Origin: a virus
Lineage: Duplodnaviria > Caudoviricetes
Length of the DNA: 44,707 nucleotides
IMG/VR virus record: IMGVR_UViG_3300030332_001221
Location: 1-44,707 of that record
Direction: 5' to 3' (one strand)
The notes below the pieces were generated by a model. That model worked only from the letters and a program-made list of their open reading frames with translations, was not told the DNA's origin and did not search any database. The position numbers and the translations under genes are program-made. Positions 37,195-44,707 of this stretch are shown in pieces. Position 1 is the stretch's first letter. Each line of letters opens with the position of its first letter.

Positions 37195-37456
37195 TCAACA
37201 TCCCGCCATTATCAACAAAAACACCAACGCTTCCTCGTCATCGCTCAACTCCAAATCCTCAAGCCCCGCTAAATCTGCGGCTTTCGGGTCTTTCAGATCA
37301 TGGATTATCTCTACCTTTTCAGATGGTACGGCTTCCGGCTTCCGCCGAAGCCTCTTCAGACGAAAAACCTACCGACTCAACTCGGGCTAATCCAGTTCCC
37401 CGAAACAGCCATGTCGTGATACCGCCTTTTGAAGTATGTCCAGAAATTTCAGCCAT
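37195..37456 (-). pseudogene. Frameshifted small gene ending DDEEALVFLLIMAGC
   Basis: GGAGG SD, ATG 37456; frame stops at 37319; +1 frame continues to TGA 37195. Confidence 0.55.
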
Positions 37457-37781
37457 CTAATGTACCTCCACCGCTACTGTCTTGACTAGAAAGATCATCC
37501 TCAAAGGCGGCTTCCAACAACCTCAGCATACCCCTTTGAATTTGCGACAACTCACTCAACTGCGCTCTTATCCTTGCAATTTCACGATCTTGAACACTAA
37601 CCGCGAAATCCTCGATCTGATCGAGAGCACGGACATTCGCTCTTGCGTCTCAATCCACGGCATCCGTGATAACTACCGCTTCCCGATGAGCCTCTGTACC
37701 ATCGGCCTGAGTAACGACAGTGGTATCAAGATTCTCACCCGTATCGCCTACAGGAAGAGTGCCCTCTACAAGATCAGCCAT
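37449..37781 (-). pseudogene. 110-codon gene with in-frame TGA at codon 44
   Basis: MADLVEGTLPVGDTGENLDTT..TDAVD*DARANVRAL..LSELSQIQRGMLRLLE..; ATGGCTGA coupling at both ends. Confidence 0.6.
37527..37560. repeat. 34-bp exact inverted repeat, copy B (partner 12159-12192)
   Basis: CATACCCCTTTGAATTTGCGACAACTCACTCAAC. Confidence 0.95.
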
Positions 37782-37897
37782 CCCCTGTTACCTTCGCGCC
37801 CGTTATCTTACCGTCGCCGTCGCGCTCGATATCAGTAGTCTTAAAGACATCCCCTTGTGTGGCGTCCACGTTGACCGTGATGGCCTGTGGCGCTGCC

Positions 37898-40045
37898 TTA
37901 GAAGCGTCTTGGCTTGTTTTGCGGGGCTTGAGCCTTGGTGGCCTCATTTTGGGCCCTGAAAGAGGCATCGGCAGTCTGCTGTTTGAGAGTAGCTTCGGCT
38001 GTTTTGGCGGATTGCTTGATCTTCTCTCTTTCAATCTCTGCCTTGACCTCCATCTCACGCTCCTTGAGTTCCGCCTCACGGGCAGCGATTTGCTCATCAA
38101 GCCGAAGTTTTGCCTCGGCGAGTTGCCGCTCGTTCTCCAGTTTCAAAATATCAATGCCCTTTTGATCCTGAAGACGCTCTTTCTCGACCTCAAGTCGGTT
38201 TACTTCGCCTTCGGGGTCTTCCCCCATGTTAATCTTATCTGTTTCAGCACTGAGCTTCTCGGCTTCAGCCATCATTTTGCTGATCCGAGCCTCGGTTTCC
38301 TTGGACTGGATTTCGATCTTGGCCTGTTCCAATTCCTGCTTGGAGATTTCCAGAGCAATCGTGGGGTCATCCGCCGGGTCCGGCTGCTGCTCAACAATGA
38401 GATTAGCGGGGTCTTCGATAGAAGCCGCGTCAAGGAGCCTCCGCCTTATCTCCAACTGGTTAAACATGGAGTCGTTGATGAAATCCATGAGGAACTGCGC
38501 GCGCGCCATTTTCTGCATGTCAGTAACAACAGCAGGATCAGAAACCGGCACGACGTCCATATCTTGAGCCGCGTAATCTTCCCGCGCAACAGCGCGTTCC
38601 TCGTCAAGGACCGTGTAATACTCCTGTTCGTTCAGATATAAGCCGTTCAAGCGGTAGAGCTTCTTCAGTTCCTTTTTCAGCGCCCGATGGAGCCGCTTGT
38701 AAATCGCCGTAAAGACCTTCATCCCCTGCTCGATCATCGCAAGAGTAGTGGTAGCCGGGATGTTGGCCTGAGTTTCCCCCGTCAAAACGTCCTTGATAGA
38801 AGCGATCTCCCTACAAGCGTCAATGAGCAACCCGAGAAGCTGAAACAATACCGGGCTAGGGCCAGGATGGTTAACAGGCACGACATTTCGCGCTATTCCA
38901 TCACCCGGCGTCTGAACAACCGTCCATTCCCCGAGCTTCTGACGAATTTTCCCGCCCTTGACCCGCAATCCCGAGCCGATGAACCCTCCACCCATGTTCT
39001 GAAGAGTGGCGGCGTCGATCATCTGGTTGAGGATGGTGTCAACCGAGTCGCCCAGCGGACCTAAAAGGACTCCAAAGCCAATATCATGCCATGCGCCGTC
39101 CGGCGAGGGGATAAACGGGTACTTCGTATAATAGTGAATCGGGTCGATCTTAGCGATCTGGCCCTTTTCGTTCATATGAACCCCCTCCGCCTCAAAACGG
39201 GCGAAAATCCGCATAACCTTCTTCGTATCTCGGTGAAACGTGACGATATACGGCTCCGGGTAGCCGTCATCGTCCAAATCAAGATATCGATGTTGTTCAA
39301 GAAAGACGTGAGGCGCGTCCTCATCATCCCCCTCCCCCTGGGGAAGTCCCAAGTCTTCCTCCCGCCAAACGCCCGACCGCACTCTTTCAACGATCTCATG
39401 GGGGTAAAATCGAAGTTCTTGGGTGATCCGTGGAGTCGTCTCCAAGCTCTTGGCGCCATCATTCACGATCAACTTGTCCGGCAGCACCAACTCAGAAACG
39501 TTATGTCCCCGCATGGGATCATAATACGTCTTGCGATAGGCTAACCCGAGAACCGGGACGACGTGCAAAAGTCGATCAGTCTCTTCCTCCCATTCCTCCA
39601 TTTGCTCGATAAGCTGCCAACTCATATGCCCGCCAATACGCTTGGCGCGGTCACGCTTAGTATCTTGCCGGTCCATCGGCTCACCCATCGGTGCGCCTGG
39701 CGGACCTTGCTCCGCCGGTTGACGATCACTCCCGATGACCTTCCCCTTCACGACGCCGACGCCGGGCACCATCGCTGGGTAAGCGCGCGCCGCGAACTGA
39801 ATAGCCGCCGTCGTCATCAGAGGATATTTGACGTTGGACGCGTTAGGCCATGGGGTATTCTTCGCCTCTTGGACCTGCAAAGCCATCTTCATGGCCTTGT
39901 CCATTTTGGCCTTCCACTCCGCCCGCGAGTCCTCGTCAATCGTATAACCTCGATGGACAAGAGAACCGATCTCCGCCAGTTTATCGGCGTCCAGATCCTC
40001 GGCGATGTTGGCGGAGTCCACGTATTCCAGAAGAATTTCGGTCAT
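37898..40045 (-). CDS. Portal protein (probable true end at 37774 through a +1 frameshift)
   Basis: PWPNASNVKYPL..AA.QF.ARAY, DLDDDGYPEPYIVT, C-terminal coiled coil; follows TerL. Confidence 0.88.
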   Translation of the reverse strand: MTEILLEYVDSANIAEDLDADKLAEIGSLVHRGYTIDEDSRAEWKAKMDKAMKMALQVQEAKNTPWPNASNVKYPLMTTAAIQFAARAYPAMVPGVGVVKGKVIGSDRQPAEQGPPGAPMGEPMDRQDTKRDRAKRIGGHMSWQLIEQMEEWEEETDRLLHVVPVLGLAYRKTYYDPMRGHNVSELVLPDKLIVNDGAKSLETTPRITQELRFYPHEIVERVRSGVWREEDLGLPQGEGDDEDAPHVFLEQHRYLDLDDDGYPEPYIVTFHRDTKKVMRIFARFEAEGVHMNEKGQIAKIDPIHYYTKYPFIPSPDGAWHDIGFGVLLGPLGDSVDTILNQMIDAATLQNMGGGFIGSGLRVKGGKIRQKLGEWTVVQTPGDGIARNVVPVNHPGPSPVLFQLLGLLIDACREIASIKDVLTGETQANIPATTTLAMIEQGMKVFTAIYKRLHRALKKELKKLYRLNGLYLNEQEYYTVLDEERAVAREDYAAQDMDVVPVSDPAVVTDMQKMARAQFLMDFINDSMFNQLEIRRRLLDAASIEDPANLIVEQQPDPADDPTIALEISKQELEQAKIEIQSKETEARISKMMAEAEKLSAETDKINMGEDPEGEVNRLEVEKERLQDQKGIDILKLENERQLAEAKLRLDEQIAAREAELKEREMEVKAEIEREKIKQSAKTAEATLKQQTADASFRAQNEATKAQAPQNKPRRF

Positions 40046-40048
40046 TTA

Positions 40049-42469
40049 TCAATACCCTGTCGTGCCATTTCGTCCCTCATCTTCTCCCCAATCGTCATAC
40101 TCTTCAGCCTCGTTCTCTGGAATATAACCTTTAGCAAAGGTCAAACACACCGCGTCGGCGATATCCGGGCTACGTTTAACCATCGGGTTCTTCTTCATCT
40201 CGGCTTTGGACTCAACCACCCGCTTGCCCGTTGAAGTGATGTTGTAAGTCACCCCGCTCAATTCCGCGACCATCCGCTCGTCTTTAGGCATCCAACAATG
40301 CCGTTGCGCGAACCAATCCCGCGCTTCAAACCACAATTCATCGCGTTGGCGCATGAAATCCGCCTTCACGGAAGCGTTCTCGGCGACGTTCACCCCGCAG
40401 ACCGGTAAACCTATTTCCGCGAGCCGATCCACCACGCCAGCACCGTAACCGATCACGTCCACAAGAATCACCTCGGGCCTAAGCTCCAGAGCTTCGTCTC
40501 GATAAGCCTGAGCAATCAACCCGGCCACCTGCATGGTGTCCTTGTTGTTCCAGACCTCCGCCGGCCGAAGAATGGCGTTGTAAGACCGTCGGACGAGCGC
40601 CGTTCTGTCATCGCCAAAACGCGCCACGTCCACACCCCAGCGAATGTTTGTGTGGACGATATCCACTTCCCGCTCCTGAGCGGACTCCAAAAGCTCCAAC
40701 GGGATAATTACATCCTTGTCCGATATCGGAAACTCCCCGAGATACCGATATCGGAACATATTAGAGTCTTCGCCATACTCGTCGATCAACTCCTTCCGAA
40801 ACGTATCGGCGACACGGTTTGGAACCTCTTCACACGACACCCGGCGTGTCCACCACAAATCACGATGCAAGTGGAACGCATTGAAAAAATACCCCGACGC
40901 CCGTGTCGGGTTGCCCGTCATGATCGTCTTCGCGCCGTGTGACGACATCACCCCGCGAGTCGCCTCGAAGACCGACTCGTCAATCCCTGGAGCCTCGTCA
41001 TACACAAAAAGCATATGTTTGGAATTGCCAGACAAAAACGCGCACCCATTTCGACGAGTGAAAAAAGTTTCTAAAGGAGTCGATACACACCAGACTCTCC
41101 CAGAATACGGCTCCCGACGAATGTTTTTTGTTTTTACAATGTGATCCCGTTTATTTGTCCAAGAAATCACGTAGCAGATACGCGATTTTTGGATCGCTAC
41201 CCCCCGAACCGTTTTTGCTACACCGGCCCCGCGATTAATACCCAGCTTTGCCGCCCTTCCTAACTTCAGAAGAATTTCTTGAACTTGGTCTACAAGAAAT
41301 TTATTCGTATTATAAAATTGTCGTCTCTTCCCTCCTTCAAAAGACCCCTCCGCTTGCCACAACCCCTCACACAGCGCATCCAACACGCTTTCAGGACCAT
41401 TCATAAGAAAAACGGGAATTACACGGTCAGCGCCATAGCGCCCGACATTATCAATCAACCATTCAGCAAGATTTCTATCCGAAATCGCAAAATAATCCTG
41501 CGCCTGCGTATGACGAAACTTTTTAAGAACCCGGCGAAGAAACGGCGAGTCTTTAGCTTGATAAAGCAGGGTTTCATAAAAGACCCCAGAACTGTGTCGC
41601 CTTACTCCACCATCTCCTATCCAAAATCCTATAAACTCCGCGACTTCTTCCTGAGAAAGCTTATATTTTTTAAATACCTGCGGTACTTCAAATTCATCCC
41701 CACCCCACCCAAGCGACCGTCGGATCATAAATTGTCCAGCCATCTCTGACAGGCTTTTCATTTTCCAATTTTTAATCCGCTCAAGATATTTTGTAGGGAA
41801 CCGATGCTCATCCGTTACAGAAAAACTAACCCCTTGAGCCTCGTAGACATTCATTTTCCCCACAAACGGGTATACATGAATCTGATTTACCGGCTGCCAT
41901 GAAACCGTATCCCCGTTTACCGGGGCCGACAAAACACAATCGTCAAGCGTTATCTCATCTAACCCAAGCCAACCTCTCCGGGTCAAAATCTCGTGATCTT
42001 CAGAAAGACAATGAAGACCCTGCAGCGCATCGGGGTTTTCCTTCCGCGCCGTACTCGCCACCGCGAAATTTTCTACCTTATCAACGGCTTTGGTGGAATC
42101 TTCAGCAAAAATTACTCTATCGGTCTGAATTTCCAGTACATTCCGCAAAAACGCGGGGAGCTTGTTATGCCAAAGACGAATTTCCGCCCATAAAACATTC
42201 CGCAGCTGCTCCTTTGAGTTCGCCGTGCAGCCTACCTTCACCGGCCGGCGGGTCAGCATCCACCACAAGATCACCCACGACAGGAAAGTTGTCTTCCCCA
42301 CCCCATGGCCTGAACGAACGGCAACCCAGTTATTGTCAACAACAGCTTGAAGAGCTTCGGCCTGCCACGGCTCAGGCTCCGCCCCGAAGCACTCCCGCAC
42401 AAACAACACAGGATCGAGACGCCATGCCATTATCTTCGCAAGTTGCTTCTCGTTGTCGTCCTTGCTCAT
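40049..42469 (-). CDS. terL: Terminase large subunit containing an intein
   Basis: SGHGVGKT Walker A, VYDEA Walker B, TGNP, GVDVARFGDD, SPDIADA. Confidence 0.93.
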   Translation of the reverse strand: MSKDDNEKQLAKIMAWRLDPVLFVRECFGAEPEPWQAEALQAVVDNNWVAVRSGHGVGKTTFLSWVILWWMLTRRPVKVGCTANSKEQLRNVLWAEIRLWHNKLPAFLRNVLEIQTDRVIFAEDSTKAVDKVENFAVASTARKENPDALQGLHCLSEDHEILTRRGWLGLDEITLDDCVLSAPVNGDTVSWQPVNQIHVYPFVGKMNVYEAQGVSFSVTDEHRFPTKYLERIKNWKMKSLSEMAGQFMIRRSLGWGGDEFEVPQVFKKYKLSQEEVAEFIGFWIGDGGVRRHSSGVFYETLLYQAKDSPFLRRVLKKFRHTQAQDYFAISDRNLAEWLIDNVGRYGADRVIPVFLMNGPESVLDALCEGLWQAEGSFEGGKRRQFYNTNKFLVDQVQEILLKLGRAAKLGINRGAGVAKTVRGVAIQKSRICYVISWTNKRDHIVKTKNIRREPYSGRVWCVSTPLETFFTRRNGCAFLSGNSKHMLFVYDEAPGIDESVFEATRGVMSSHGAKTIMTGNPTRASGYFFNAFHLHRDLWWTRRVSCEEVPNRVADTFRKELIDEYGEDSNMFRYRYLGEFPISDKDVIIPLELLESAQEREVDIVHTNIRWGVDVARFGDDRTALVRRSYNAILRPAEVWNNKDTMQVAGLIAQAYRDEALELRPEVILVDVIGYGAGVVDRLAEIGLPVCGVNVAENASVKADFMRQRDELWFEARDWFAQRHCWMPKDERMVAELSGVTYNITSTGKRVVESKAEMKKNPMVKRSPDIADAVCLTFAKGYIPENEAEEYDDWGEDEGRNGTTGY
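41024..42010 (-). mobile_element. Intein (329 aa) with LAGLIDADG-type endonuclease
   Basis: LQGLH|CLSEDHEILTRRGW ... VWCVST...FFTRRNG...SGN|S; FIGFWIGDGG and LCEGLWQAEGS. Confidence 0.9.
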
Positions 42470-42562
42470 AAAATTCCCATAGAAAAAGACGAACGCCAGT
42501 AAAAGAAGCCAACCAAAGCCCCAAACTACCCATAAGCCCCAACCCAAACGCTCGGCGGCTAA

Positions 42563-42643
42563 TCACAACGCAGCGGCGTCGTTCTTCCGGGGGTTCCTGG
42601 CATACGGCACGACCTGGCCGACCGGCGTAAGAGCTACCTTCAT
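42563..42643 (-). pseudogene. 26-codon relic of a ParB-like N-terminal domain
   Basis: MKVALTPVGQVVPYARNPRKNDAAAL* matches the PYARNPR.ND.A start of phage ParB-like proteins. Confidence 0.55.
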
Positions 42644-42948
42644 TCCGCCCTGCCGTTGCCTAATCCCTTTGACCTTTTCCCAGGATCACCGCCGGGGGTT
42701 ATAAACCTGCCCGTTTCTGGGTCTTTGCCACCATGCGGGCACCGTTGCCCTATAACAGGGACTATTGAGCTTGACATAGCCGCCCTTCGCTCGGCGACGG
42801 GCCATGACATCAAAAGGCTATACGTCGAATGATGGCTCCCAAAGTCGTCCAAGCGTCCGTTCAGCGCCTTCAAGCAAGCGAAGAACGCCGGACATTCAAT
42901 GATCTCCTTCGGGACATAGGAGTACATTCGGTCCATCAATCTAGACAA
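42640..42948 (-). CDS. Hypothetical protein, C-terminus resembles a TerS N-terminal motif
   Basis: KDPETGRF.....PG.R.KG at the end; upstream of TerL. Confidence 0.45.
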   Translation of the reverse strand: MSRLMDRMYSYVPKEIIECPAFFACLKALNGRLDDFGSHHSTYSLLMSWPVAERRAAMSSSIVPVIGQRCPHGGKDPETGRFITPGGDPGKRSKGLGNGRAE

Positions 42949-44707
42949 CTCCCGTTTCGGAGAATAGCGGCGTGTCGGCGCCCTGGATGTGAGCGAACCG
43001 CGCCTTGATGTCCTCGAAATATTCCTCTTCGCGTTCGATCAGGACGGGCTTGAAGCCTTCTCTGATCGCCGCCATGCCGGTCGTCCCAGAACCCGCAAAG
43101 GGATCAAGAACGGTGCCGCCCGGCGGCGTTATCAGGCGAATGAGATAAGCGATTAGATCGACCGGCTTGACCGTGGGATGCTTGGAATTGAGGCGGTCGG
43201 CTTTGTCCGCCTTGGCTGTGTAGAAGAACCGGGCGACGGTGCCGGTATCGCCTAGCCCGCCGAAGTTTGCCCCGCCGTGACGCATTCTTTTTGTATCCTC
43301 ACGTAGATTTTGAAAGTTTGGGCCGGCGGATTTGATTGAGGCTTTACCACTACCCCCTGAAGATTTGCTTACCCCATATTTCGCAAACGCCTCCATCACA
43401 TCGCCCGAACCATCATGGATGACGTTGGCGGGCCAACGGCCTTTGTTTGACCCTGTTATATATGGCTCTTGGAGCGGCTGAACCTCCCCGATTTTTCCAG
43501 TCATATAGGACGATGAAGAACGGGCATGCCTTGTTGTCGTATCTTCTGTTTCAACCCGGCTTGCGTCGATATTCAACGCCCCCGTCCCATGCTCCAACAC
43601 GTTCGCCGCCACGGTGCCGATTAGAGGTTTGCGGGCAAGGATGATGGGCTCACAACCCGGTGCGATCTTCCCGGTTTCGTCCTGGGAGAAGATGGCATCC
43701 TCGCTTAAAGCATTCTCTGCCGCAGAAAGTTCTAGGATGATTCTTAACTTCGATACGGCGGCGTTGAAATATCTTGCCACATGTGATGCATCGGCATTCG
43801 ACCAAGCTCCCAAGCTGTGGGCCTGGATGATGCATCCTGGCGTGATCTTTGACAGACACAACTTCAAGGTTTTCAAGTCGGTTGTCGTCTCTAATGCCGT
43901 TTCGGTGGTGGACGTGTTTGAATCGGTCCAACTTGAAGCCAAGGTGGTGTTCCATGATGACACGGTGCTCAAGCTTGAAATCAGCGCCAACACGAATTGC
44001 GACATATCCATCCGAGCGCACAAAGCGTCCCGTGTATTGGATGCGTCGTCGGCAGTCCATTGAGCAGAAGCGGACACGTCCACGCCGTAACCGCTTGGGC
44101 TTAACGCTGAATATTTTTCCGCAGCATTCGCAGGTAACATCAACCATAACCGGCTCCATAGCTTCCAAAGCGTTGAACCAATTATGGTCATTTCGTCGCA
44201 GGTTTCAAGGGGTTTCTGCGCCCAGATTAGGGGCTCATGTGAGGGTTTAAGAGCGGTCCCCCAGCCGGCCCATTGCTTGGCGGCGTCGGTGGCGGGGCGG
44301 TAGCGGGGGCGGTAATGGTGGCTTCGCCAATGACTAAATGTTCCTTTTGCGGGCGCGGCTGGTGCGGGATGCTTGCCAATAACTTCCCGTTCCGCGCCAG
44401 CCGCCTTGTCGATCCCCTTGCTCACATCATGACTTTTCGGAAACCCCGAGCCGTACAGCCACATGATCGTGTCGCGGATTTCAAAGCCCGCATCCTCGAC
44501 GGCGCAAGCGACACGGTGAAACGTCCGGCTCCCCCCGAAGATCAGCGCATGACCGCCGGGCTTGAGCACGCCGAACACAGCCCGCCAGGTCTCGGGCCGG
44601 AAAGCGATGTCGCCGCCGTCCCACTTTTTGCCCATGAAGCCAGCGGAAAGACTCGCATACCTGGCGTTGCCGGACCGCTTGACGATGCTGGTCAGATGAT
44701 ACGGCGG
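42941..44707 (-). CDS. N4-C/N6-A DNA methyltransferase (beta class), 5' end outside window, with 195-codon insertion
   Basis: Frame open to window edge (PPYHLTSIVKR); FMGKKWD, WLYGSGFPKS, GRWPANVIHDGS, HPTVKP, VLDPFAGSGTT. Confidence 0.9.
   Translation of the reverse strand, partial: PPYHLTSIVKRSGNARYASLSAGFMGKKWDGGDIAFRPETWRAVFGVLKPGGHALIFGGSRTFHRVACAVEDAGFEIRDTIMWLYGSGFPKSHDVSKGIDKAAGAEREVIGKHPAPAAPAKGTFSHWRSHHYRPRYRPATDAAKQWAGWGTALKPSHEPLIWAQKPLETCDEMTIIGSTLWKLWSRLWLMLPANAAEKYSALSPSGYGVDVSASAQWTADDASNTRDALCARMDMSQFVLALISSLSTVSSWNTTLASSWTDSNTSTTETALETTTDLKTLKLCLSKITPGCIIQAHSLGAWSNADASHVARYFNAAVSKLRIILELSAAENALSEDAIFSQDETGKIAPGCEPIILARKPLIGTVAANVLEHGTGALNIDASRVETEDTTTRHARSSSSYMTGKIGEVQPLQEPYITGSNKGRWPANVIHDGSGDVMEAFAKYGVSKSSGGSGKASIKSAGPNFQNLREDTKRMRHGGANFGGLGDTGTVARFFYTAKADKADRLNSKHPTVKPVDLIAYLIRLITPPGGTVLDPFAGSGTTGMAAIREGFKPVLIEREEEYFEDIKARFAHIQGADTPLFSETGVV
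43650..44147 (-). CDS. HNH endonuclease with two zinc-finger domains, nested in alternative frame of the MTase
   Basis: EHRVIME.HLG..L....HVHHRNG.RDDNRLENL....H...H; CECC..FCSMDC and CITC..FCGREC; GGAG SD 6 nt before ATG 44147. Confidence 0.88.
   Translation of the reverse strand: MVDVTCECCGKIFSVKPKRLRRGRVRFCSMDCRRRIQYTGRFVRSDGYVAIRVGADFKLEHRVIMEHHLGFKLDRFKHVHHRNGIRDDNRLENLEVVSVKDHARMHHPGPQLGSLVECRCITCGKIFQRRRIEVKNHPRTFCGRECFKRGCHLLPGRNREDRTGL

Noticed and set aside
37650-37652. Genome-wide TGA recoding
   Set aside because: Many genes end in TGA with ATGA coupling; this is a single isolated case.
21750-41749. Long plus-strand ORFs opposite structural genes
   Set aside because: Antisense shadows without SD or recognisable motifs.
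42470-42547. Hydrophobic N-terminal extension of TerL
   Set aside because: Product of a G/T-rich tract; ATG 42469 gives a normal TerL start.

Overview
The window is most of the genome of a tailed dsDNA phage with P22-like short-tail virion genes; an alphaproteobacterial host is inferred from gene style only. Layout: 1-3.8 kb (+) is an array of small early genes separated by a repeated structured intergenic element. 3.8-12.6 kb (-) is a replication/modification arm (Cro-like HTH, Fic, DNA methyltransferases, RusA, DnaB, DUF1376 initiator preceded by a c4-like antisense RNA, Q-like regulator). 12.8-18.3 kb (+) is a recombination arm (pentapeptide repeat, ERF, YqaJ exonuclease, SSB, LexA-like HTH). 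18.4-44.7 kb (-) is the late arm (MTase, intein-containing TerL, portal, GroES, scaffold, capsid, tail/ejection proteins, lysis). No integrase, CI repressor, intact TerS, tRNA or CRISPR array was recognised. The most unusual observations: (1) a complete HNH endonuclease gene nested in an alternative frame inside an MTase whose own frame stays open, bounded by a duplicated MTase motif; (2) the hairpin-delimited early gene cassette array; (3) an exact 34-bp inverted copy of a late-gene segment sitting in frame inside the Fic gene 25 kb away; (4) two candidate structured RNAs. All product calls come from motif recognition by eye; no searches were run.
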